A stretch of DNA of 64,000 nucleotides from Octopus bimaculoides (taxonomy: Eukaryota). The stretch covers positions 10,376,565 through 10,440,564 of the forward strand of contig NC_068989.1 of assembly GCF_001194135.2 (NCBI RefSeq), given 5' to 3'. The notes beneath the pieces are model-generated. The model ran no database searches, was not told the DNA's origin, and worked only from the letters and a program-made list of their open reading frames with translations. Below, in pieces: positions 14,902 to 25,058 of the stretch. Position numbers and translations under genes: made by a program. Every line of letters starts with the position of its first letter. Position 1 is the first letter of the stretch.

Positions 14902-14950
14902 CAGCAGCAGAGCAGCAACAGCAGTAATGGTGGTGGTGGTGGCGGTGGTG
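14211..14950. repeat. (GTA/GTG)n trinucleotide array spanning an N gap
   Basis: Directly visible. Confidence 0.9.
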
Positions 14951-15168
14951 TTCTAAATACGTTACCTGTTTTAGGTTCTAACTGACCAGATCCAGCCTCT
15001 CACACCTACCTGACAATGTCATTCCAAATATAAACAATCACAATCGTTGAGGTTTTGAAGCTGTGAGATAATGCAGGATAAATGCGACATAATGTTAATG
15101 AATAAGCAGCACATTCGACAGAGTAATCTGGATGTTAAAGGGCTAACCTCATACCCTTGCATTTTAAA

Positions 15169-15363
15169 TCGCAGCAAATATTAGTAGGACATATTAGTCT
15201 AAATTTAATCGGTGACTTTCTATCCGTGCCTTTGACCAAGATCTCCATCTTAATAACATCAATTGCTCCACTTATTCAAACTGGATATTTTGTCTTTGAA
15301 ATCGATGTTGCTATTATTCAAAGCTACATCTTTTCTCTTTTAATTACCTTATACTCTGATAAT
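15169..15363 (+). pseudogene. ATP6: NUMT: 3' part of mitochondrial ATP6
   Basis: AANIS-(frameshift)-GHISLNLIG...GYFVFEIDVAIIQSYIFSLLITLYSDN matches the ATP6 C-terminal pattern (ANxxAGH...E.xVAxIQ(S/A)YxFxxLxxLY). Confidence 0.75.
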
Positions 15364-15364
15364 T

Positions 15365-15760
15365 GGAGGCGCAATGGCCCAGTGGTCAGGGCAGCGGACT
15401 CGTGGTCAAAGGATCGCGGTTTCGATTCCCAGACCGGGTGTTATGAGTGTTTATAGAGCGAAAACACCTAAAGCTCCACGAGGCTCCGGCAGGGGATGGT
15501 GGCGAACCCTGCTGTACTCTTTCACCACAATTTTTCTCTCACTCTTACTTCCTGTTTCTGTTGTGCCTGTAATTCAAAGGGTCAGCCTTGTCACACTCTG
15601 TGTCACGCTGAATATCCCATGAGAACTATGTTAAGGGTACACGTGTCTGTGGAGTGCTCAGCCACTTGCACATTAATTTCACGAGCAGGCTGTTCCATTG
15701 ATCGGATCAACTGGAACCCTCGACATCGTAAGCGACAGAGTGCCAACAAACAACAACTCT
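15365..15760 (+). mobile_element. tRNA-derived SINE, family 3 (CpG-rich, young-looking)
   Basis: GGCGCAATGGCCCAGTGG...GGTTTCGATTCC head and (CAA)n tail. Related copies at 23462-23760 and about 40880-41073 (minus). Confidence 0.75.
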
Positions 15761-17154
15761 GATAGTTACCAAAGGATAATCTAATTAAACAATTATTCTT
15801 GATTATAGTACTGGAAAGATGAAATCCGAGGGAAGATTTGAACTCAAAACATGAAGGACCAAAAAAACCAGCAAGGAATTTTCACCAACACTTTACCAAC
15901 CTTTGCTTAATAACAACAATAATATCTAGGATAGTCCCAATGCTACAAATTTAAGTTAAGTGTACACTTAATTATATTTGACTCCAGCACTAGACTGATA
16001 CTTATTTCGACCCAAGTGGACGAAAGACAAAATCAGCTCCAGAATAATTTGAACTAAAAATGTACGGAATTAGTAGTAACTAAATACTGCAAAGTACTTT
16101 GTCTGGTACTCTTTCAATTTGCCTACCTACCATATTCTATAATAAGAGTTCCTTTTATCTAGGATGAAGTCAATTTTGTATGAGGGAGGAAAATTAATGT
16201 TAAATGTTTTGACCTGATGATATTTCTAGTGCACTTATTGTTATTATTGCTATTGTTGTGGTTGTTGCTGTTATTGTTGTTGTTGTTGTTGTTATTATTA
16301 TTATTATTATTATTGTTATTATTATTATCGTTCAGTAGTTTTATTTTTATAACATGCTTTCACTTCACTACCGAGCGCAGCTCTGTGTGCCTTGGGTATG
16401 TGCTGTGGTTTGCTGTGATGTTCTTATGGTTATTGTATTGAAAGTGTTTTGCGTAGGATGTGTGCAGTGCCCAGTAGTGCAATTTTCTGTATGTTATTAT
16501 TATTATTATTAGTAAGGTGGCGAGCTAGCAGAATTGTTACCATGACAGGGAAAACGCTTAGCAGCATTTCTTTTGACTCTGCTTTTTCAAATGCTGCCGG
16601 AGTCAGCTTTGCCTTTCATTCCTTCAAGGTCAATAAAATAAGTACCAGTTGCGTACTGGGGTCATTATCATCAACTTAGCCCTTTCGCAAACTTGCTGGC
16701 CTTGGGCCTAAAAATTGGAAATCATCATTATTATTATTGAGTGAAAGGGCAGTGCATGCCATCAAAGTGACACCCAGGGTATAATTATATGAAACCCAAT
16801 ATACCCATCATGACTACCTGTCTGATTAGGGTACACCAGGCACATACATCACAACCATATGTGTGCAACATGGTGATCTTATATCAAGATAAACAGCACA
16901 TGACCTTGCAGGGGGGCCCCAATTAAAATTTTCTTCAGGTTGAATAGCCCATCCTGCTTAAAAGGTCCCTGAATAAGGATTGTTTAAGGATGATGAACAA
17001 AACACCCATGTTTCCAGAGGTGAATTATTCAAACCCCAAAGAATTCCTCTCAACAAATAGCTATAATGTTCCCCCACTGCTTCTGCTTGAGATCAGCATG
17101 GCCACAGTCAAATAACTGAAACAAATAAATGAGTAAAAGAGTAAACATGGTCAG

Positions 17155-17313
17155 TGGCTCCCTCATCACCTGACTGCTTCTCTTCTTAATCAAAGAGTTG
17201 CCATCTCCTTGTCATTGAAGAGTAGACTTGCTACCAAACCTTTCCTGAATATTGCCATCGTAAGTCATGACAAATGGGTTTCCTACTATCATAACCAACA
17301 AAAACGACAATGA
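17155..17313 (+). mobile_element. Short degenerate mariner transposase fragment
   Basis: WLPHHLTASLLNQRVAISLSL...PFLNIAIVSHDKWVSYYHN resembles WVPHEL...PFL..IVTGDEKW. Confidence 0.6.
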
Positions 17314-17710
17314 TCGGCACCCAATGTGTGTCCTCGTGGGCATCGGTACCATTTTCCTCTTTCTCCGTTCTTCCATTCTCCGAACTTTCCATCTTTCCGA
17401 CGAAGGGCTACGCCCGAAACGTCATGCACTCTCTCTTTCCTTTCCTGAGCGTCCAATAACACTATCCGTATCACGTCCTCACTTTGTTGTTTTTTTGTTA
17501 TTGTTTTNNNNNNNNNNACACACACACACACAAATACATATATAGTAAAGTTACTAGTTGTAAAATGTATGGCAATATATATGCCTGGGGTTAAACTGGC
17601 AATAACATAGAACAGCCACATTGATGTGGCAATTAACTTGACTTATATATATATATAAATATATATATAAATATATATAAATATATATATATAAAATTTA
17701 TATATATATT

Positions 17711-17741
<31 letters not shown>

Positions 17742-18675
17742 TTATGATTAGTTTCCATAAAATACTGATAATAAATATCACTTTTTGCCTTCAGGTTCCT
17801 AATTTTTTGAAACAAGATTTTCTTCTACGTTATCCAATACTTATCTTAACAACAAGAGAGAAAGAGAGAGTGATGAAGCATGGACCAGAAAAACTTCTGG
17901 AGCTGATATACTGAACTGTAAACTCTTGAAATCCTTAAATTCCTTTTATGATTTCAATCTTTTCACTGTAACCATATTGTGGAACTGTCTTCAAGGTCAT
18001 TTTTTTTTTTCGTCGATTACATATTTAGTCAACTACTTTTTGTATGATTGAAAATTATCTATTGATTTATTGAATGACTAAGTCTTCCTTGGCATAGAAG
18101 ACATATAATGATATGACAAGGTAATTTTATTTGACTTATTGATTTGTACCAATATGTACTTACATATGCCCGTGCACGTACTTAAACACACACATGCACC
18201 TCTTAAAACATGCCAAGTTTTAAGTAAACGAATTTAAAACACTATACTCATGTCATGTCTTGAGTAGAAAATTTGAAAGAAGTCTTCTTCGACTAAACCA
18301 AATTCAAAGAAGATAATACAAAATTTTATATAGGCACAAAGAAGAGCAGCTCCATCTAACATTACTTTACCAGAAACAGTATAAATAAGAAACACAAACA
18401 CGCTGAAAGACAATGCTCCAACATGGCCTCAGCCCCTGGCTGAAACCAGTAAAAGATTAAAAAAAGCTGTGTGTATAAACATATATATATATATACATAC
18501 ATATATATCAAAATCTTCATCAGAATACATTATAAAGGTCTAGTTAGAGAAATAAAGTAAAAATGTACTGTAAAAGAGAAAACAAAAAACATACAATAAC
18601 AATAAATGGAGAAATGTGTGTGTGTGTGTGTACTGTCACTGTATCCTTTTTGGTTTTGAATTGCATCTCTCTCTC

Positions 18676-18724
<49 letters not shown>

Positions 18725-18954
18725 GAAATATGTTACAAAAACAAAATAGAAACTACACGTGGAAATGTAAGGGTAAAGTAAGAAGAAAAATAAGCGAAAA
18801 TGCACATTGGAAATCAAAAGAAGTAAAGGCTTTTTATGAAAAGTAACGATAGAAATATACAATTAGATGAACTGAGGAAGGAATAAAAGTAATAAAAGTC
18901 ATTATTGTGAATTGTTAAAGAGATTCAAAAGCATACCGGTTTCGTAATGTTACT

Positions 18955-19498
18955 AATCATTGCTTTGAGCAGAGATTGCGGCTCGTTGATTTTTGTTGTC
19001 ACTTAAAGCATATGGAACCCATGCTCCATACTTCTGAACCTTTCCCATCGAGTGAAGATACTTCTCTATAGCAGTGTGGGAGCATTCCATTTTCTCTGCC
19101 AGTTCCCTTGTCGTTTGATGAGAATTTTTGTGCAAAAGTTGGTTTAATGCTCTTCATCAAACTCAACTAGATGGCCAGAACAAGGTTCGTCTTTGTGGTC
19201 AAAATTTACATTTTTGAACTTGGCAAACCAATCACGAGTCATTCTTTCAGCTATGGCACCCTCTCCAAACACAGCACAAATGTCGCGAGCAGCTTTTACA
19301 GCCTTAGAGCCTTGATTAAAAGCAAAATGGAGGTGTTGAAAATGCACGTTGACATTCCATTTTAATGATCTAAAAATAAACAAAAATTAACTAGAAATAA
19401 AACAAAATAAATTCCAAAATGATTCAAAAATAGAATTCTTGAAAAATATAGTTTCCAAAATTTTTTTAAAATGCGGGAACTTAGTTGCCAATCCAATA
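18955..19498 (-). mobile_element. Mariner transposon 5' fragment (TIR plus degenerate HTH to WVPY motif)
   Basis: FNQGSKAVKAARDICAVFGEGAIAERMTRDWFAKFK...SGHLVEFDE, then TTRELAEKMECSHTAI...GAWVPYAL; TIR-like TATTGGATTGGCAACTAAG at the right end. Confidence 0.8.
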
Positions 19499-21295
19499 TG
19501 TGTGTGTATGTGTATGAAATGACCACTGAAAAGGGCTTTGCATTAGGAAGGGCCAGTGAAGTTTTGTAGTCACTCTTCCTTCTCTTCTTTCTAAATAAAA
19601 ATAGAAGTACTCAACACAAATCTATGATTAACAAAATGTTTACACAACTGGGGGAGGGAAAGGTAGAGAGAAATGATGAAGAGGAGGAGAGAGACAACGA
19701 TGATGATGCAAGAATAGAGAGAGACTAATGTGATTTGTTAAGTGGAAAATTCCTGGACATTCCTTGTAAATCTCAGTATCCGTTTCCCACTGGTTACTCA
19801 CATTCAATTTTTCCGTTTTGCATGTCTTCCATATTGACAATTAGTTTAAATATACACTAATGGCTGTGTGGTTAAGTAGCACAAGTAGATCGTTTCCCAG
19901 CCGCATAATTTCAGATTCAATCTCCAGGTTCAGTCTCACTGCTTGGCACCTTGGGTAAGTGTCTTTTACTGCAGCCTCAGTTTGATGAATGGCTGTGTGG
20001 TAAGATGCTCGCTTCCAAACCACATGGTTCCAGATTCAGTCCCACTGTGTGGCACCTTGGGCAAGTGTCTTCTACTATAGCCTTGGGCTGACAAAACCTT
20101 GCAAGTAGATTTGCTAGACTGAAACTGAAAGAAGCTTGTCAATTATATATTAATTGTTTATAATTTTCACCTTAAAAGGTATTTTTATATGCTGACCACA
20201 GAGTGTCATGTTCGTTGATGCTACCCCTGGCAGCAAAGTAGCACACCTTTTTAGAAAAACATTAAGTAAGGCTAATCTACAAATTAAAGTAGTGGAGAGG
20301 CCTGGTGCCCCTTTAAAATCCCTGATCTGAAATACCTATCTCATTGATAAGTCCACCTGTACAGAGTGCAATTGTGTTATATGTAGGATGACATAATTAT
20401 GGTTTCGAAATATAACCTGCCCAAAAATTGTCATGGAAAGACACGCACCCTAGAAGCAACGAATATTCTAGACAAGAAACATAACTCGTCTTTATTATAT
20501 TAAGTTATGTCCCTTGATTTAGCTGGACTCATTTCAGTTGTATCTTAGTGTTACTAGTTCAAAGGGACACCACCATATAGAATTAGTGCAAATCTAACGC
20601 TATAATGACTATGGGAGATGAATTCAATAATGCATGCTAACAAAGTACTTTTGTTAATGTATTTGCCTTAAGACTGTTGACTGCTAATAGATCCTGGCAT
20701 AGATTTCCTTATTCACTCAAATCTTTTTCATCAATCAACGAGTGACAATATGGTTTATTCACCAGCTGAGAAAACTAAAGAATATCTTGCAAACGTTAAA
20801 TTATCATCACATCAGACGGTGGTTTTATACAAAATATTGACTCCTAAAACCACCATGTGCCCAATGATAAACAGGAATTTGTTGTGGAATAAGTGAAAAC
20901 TGCCATCATAGATGACTGGACAATGTCAGTCAAGAATCTAAATTATCAGTTGGTAATAAATATAAACAATCTCATGTGAGTAACGCAAGGGTCACACATG
21001 GATACCCAAAGCAATTTATGGCTCAAGATGAAGCTATAAATCCATCACAATGAAAGCTTAAGAAAGCACAACCATTCAGTGGAAGTTCACTGTACATACA
21101 TTCCCTTCACAAGTGCCAGTGCCTGGAAAAGCACCAGTAATCACTGTAAAGTGGTTCCTGTTAAGAAACGAAACCATGTCACTTATGATAATTAGGCTAC
21201 TTCTGGATCTCTGATTAGCCCAATAATGTAGCATTAACAAAGACAGATGCATCTAGAGCAGTCATAGCTTGGTATTTTTTACAATAACTCTAGAC

Positions 21296-21547
21296 CAGAG
21301 GTTCTGAAACTTTTGGGGCACTGTCCCCATCATAGCGACATAATACCCACAGCCCCTATTTTTATGTATAAATATTTTATATTTTACTAATTTATACATA
21401 CTATGAATCTTTTGATATTTAATATATAATTTGTATACAATACTATATAATAAATTCATAGCGTCCCCTAATTCACTGCCTTCCTCCCAAGGCCTCCTTT
21501 TTCTCAACTGCTCCCTTAGGCACCAGTGCCCACTTTGAGAACTTATG
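21296..21547. mobile_element. hAT (Charlie-type) MITE
   Basis: Starts CAGAGGTTCT, degenerate TIR; flanks CTCTAGAC / CTCTAGCC match the NTCTAGAN target preference. Confidence 0.6.
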
Positions 21548-21627
21548 CTCTAGCCGAACCAAAGCCTGGCAGACTTAATACATGGGAACTGAAAGCTCAT
21601 TCTGCTTATATATATATATATATGCAC

Positions 21628-22150
21628 ACACAGGGTGCAATGGGTAAATTGTCACCATTTTATATTTTTAATTTCGTGCATGCACATCGTTTGCTTTTGA
21701 TTGTCAAGTATACAGTATAGTAGGGTCAGCTGAGCACTGTTTGTAAGAAAAACAGCACCATGATGCAATTCACTCTGCCAGAAATTTGGAAACAACATGC
21801 TGTACTGCTTGGCATTCACACCAGAAGCTCCAATTACGAACATTTCAGAGTGTTTGGGTGTCAATCTGAGGACATGTACAGAGTAATAAAAATTGAACAT
21901 CCTGGTGTTTGGGGTAATGGCAATGTTATACCTCCATTTAAGGCGGCAAGTTAGCCAAAATACTTAACAGTATTTCGTCTGTCTTTACGTTCAGAGTTCA
22001 AATTCCGCCAAGTTTTATGGCAGCGTTCACCAAAGTTAGAAAAGAAGACTGTCCAGAAGAGTTGCAGGAGATTCCAAAGTTGTCTGGAGGCCATGGTTAT
22101 TTTATTGAATAAATTTACTCTTTAGTATTTCGAGATATTTCTATGTAATT
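21628..22150 (+). mobile_element. Tc1/mariner-superfamily deletion derivative interrupted by a SINE fragment
   Basis: CAGGGTG-type start, an HTH-like piece, and a C-terminal piece resembling AAF.K..K..VQKSCRRF..CLEA. Confidence 0.4.
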
Positions 22151-22652
22151 TTGGTAAAGATATCTGTTAAATGAGATGTGTTATTTTCATTTTTGCGTAA
22201 TTTAGAAAGTTTATTAACCATACCATGTATATTAAAAAGCATTCAGTCCACATTGTAAAGTGGTTGGCGTTAGGAAGGGCATCCAGCTGTAGAAACTCTG
22301 CCAGATCAGATTGGTGCAGCCTTCTGGTTTGCCAGTCCTCAGTCAAACCATCCAACCCATGCTAGCATGGAAGGCGGACATTAAATGACGATGAATGGCT
22401 GTAAAACAAATTGCCGTGTCTTTGCAAGCAGTTTATACTTATTAATACTTTCAAAATACCACTATCAACAATTCAATAACTCACATTGCCAACTGACATA
22501 AAGCTAACACTGATTGGTATACAACTGTATTTAAATGTCCAATATCCATCAGCTTCCACGCTGACAATGTAGATTGTTAAACAATCCACTCACACGTTAC
22601 CAGCTCATCAACAAAACAAAACAAAAAGACTAGCTTTCAAGTAATTTCCCAG

Positions 22653-22658
22653 TTTATT
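22653..22658 (-). terminator. RPL8 polyadenylation signal AATAAA
   Basis: AATAAA on the minus strand about 35 nt after the stop codon; fits the short 3' UTRs of ribosomal protein mRNAs. Confidence 0.7.
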
Positions 22659-22692
22659 TTGCTTCTGTACAAGTAGTTTAATAAGCCTCAAT

Positions 22693-22770
22693 CTATTCTT
22701 TATCAACCTTGCCAGTTGATTGTTTGGAACCTCGGAGACGACCAGTACGACGGGCAGCAATAAGACCGAC
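22693..22770 (-). CDS. RPL8: RPL8 coding exon 6 ([25 protein letters not shown])
   Basis: TTTTCCAG acceptor, TAG stop at 22695-22693. Confidence 0.96.
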   Translation of the reverse strand, partial: VGLIAARRTGRLRGSKQSTGKVDKE

Positions 22771-25026
22771 CTGGAAAAGAAAAGAAAATTCCATTTAGAA
22801 TACACCAGAATGAAAAATTCATTACCACTGTCTCAAAAGAACGGAGAAATATGCACATTAAATTTACTGCTTCCAATATATACATGGTCAATCAAGTGAA
22901 AAAATTCTCGAATAAATAAAATTCACAAAGAAATTACTTTATCAAAGCTCGAAGGTCAAACCCATTTCCTATTTCGAAGTTTAAATCATCAACAAAATTC
23001 AAGTCAGTGAAACATTATTCACCACCCTCAAGACATTTTCGACTACTGTCAGCTTCAACATAAGCAATTATTATTAATTGAGAAGATCTTAAGAAAGCAA
23101 GCTCCTCTAAGTCTCAATCACAAGATATCTCTTGAAATAAAAATATTTAAGTAACCTAGTTTCAGGCTAGAAGACTTACATTTTATTTAGCATGGAAAAA
23201 TTAGGTTTAACTACATTTATCTACATTCAAGTAATAATACCTTATGCTGGATTATAGCAACCACAAACTGACAAGCTAATAAAACTGATTCCAGTCAACA
23301 CACTCACAGTATTAAACGTCTACACCAAAAGTTCAGGTCAAAGTGAAGAATTTTGTTACTCATCACAGCATGTCATTCTTCTCTGGGTTTTAATCACTGA
23401 CTCGTCAAAGATGGTGCATCATCTTCTAGATTACATCAACTAGCGCTTGTATTTCTAAAAAGGCACGTGGTTTAGTGGCTACGGTATTTGGCTCGTGATT
23501 GTAAGGTCACGAGTTCAATTCCTAGCTGTGTTGTATCTTTGAACAAGACACCTTATTTCACACAGCTCCTGTCCACTCAGCTAGTATATAGGAGTTGCAC
23601 CTGTAATTCAAAGGTGCCAGCCTTGTTGCACTATCTCCCTGATAACTGTATTAAGGATACACGTTTGTGGAGTGCTCAACCACTTGCACATTAATTTCCC
23701 AAGCAGGTTGTTCCGTTGATCAGATCAACTGGAACACCTGTGATTGTAAGTGACAGAAAGAAGAGTAAGGGAGCTTATAATTCTGAAAGAAGCCCAGTGC
23801 CAAGGGTTTCAGAGATGTTAGCAATGCAACTGATGTTAGGCAGACCAGTCATAAAAAAAAAAAACTGTTGGGAGAAAGACAAAATCTTACCAGGGAGATA
23901 TCCCTCTGAATCCAGCCATCTCCATAAAATGGGAGAGAGGGGGGGGGGGAACAGAACATGCAGATTTATTTTATCCTAGTATTCCATTCCATTCCTTTAT
24001 GGTATATCTGTTTTATGCACATTGAAGTCCACTTGTGCATACAATTCTAACAAGCTAAATAGTAGCTAATAAACCATTTTCTAAGATGACCAATCAAAAT
24101 TTTATTTACTGGAATGAGACTTGCTTTGAGAGAAAAACCCTTTATCGTGTACTAAATTCTCAATTTTAAAATTCAAACATATAGGGTGGGGGTGTATTAT
24201 AGAAATATAAAAAGATCAAATGACCCTAAACAATATCTGCTGCATTTGTTATAACACTAATTAGATTCCAGTCAACATACTCAGGGAATGAAGCTATCAA
24301 CACTCAAAGATTCAGGTCAAAGTGAAGAATTATTTTCCTCATCACAGCATGTTTGGAAACAAATCAAAGAAATTATGAAGTTGAATAAACACTTCAAAAT
24401 AAGCCTACTACTTCCCCCACTCAGCTGAAGGGGGTCTTGCTTGATGACCTCACTAGTGCTGGTGCCATGTAAAAAGCACCCATTATACCATAAAATGTTT
24501 TGGCATTAGGAAGAGCATCCAGCCAGAGAAACCATGTCAAAGCAGACATTACAACTTAGTGCACTCCTCTGGCATACCAGCTCCCGCCAAACCATCTGTC
24601 CCACGACATCAAGGAAAATGGATGTTTTTTTTTAAAAAATAGCACAAGACACCAAAATCAGCTTCAAATAATTCTACCCATCCAGGTGATATCAATCAGT
24701 CTAAATTACATATTCAACCCCTTAGCATTGAATCCGGTCATATCTGGCCCAAATATTCTACCTATTTAAACAAATAAAAACAACCAGATCCAATCTCTCA
24801 CACCTACCCTGCAATGCCATTTGTAAAACATACAAATGCACCATTGAAATCTTGAAGCTACAAGATGCGTCATTAATTAAAAACACAAATACATAAGCAA
24901 TACTTTTTACAGAGAAATCTGAATGCAAAAGTGTTGAGTAACCTAAGTGACCAGACTTAACAGACGGCCTCATCTGCATTAATAATATTCCCTCCAATGC
25001 AGGCCAGTGACAACCCCAAGAGTAGA

Positions 25027-25058
<32 letters not shown>

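Noticed and set aside
13433-14956. 507-aa Thr/Ser/Gly-rich mucin-like ORF
   Set aside because: Built from two microsatellites and an N gap; stop codons are absent only because of repeat composition.
1-22600. piRNA cluster or hidden protein-coding gene in the repeat-rich left third
   Set aside because: TE fragments lie on both strands at ordinary density and I found no exon chain with protein similarity. A piRNA cluster cannot be inferred without small-RNA data.
24285-24297. Second guide in snoRNA B/C (GCTTCATT) against 28S AAUGAAGC
   Set aside because: Only 8 bp and not conserved in copy A; too short to claim without a target search.
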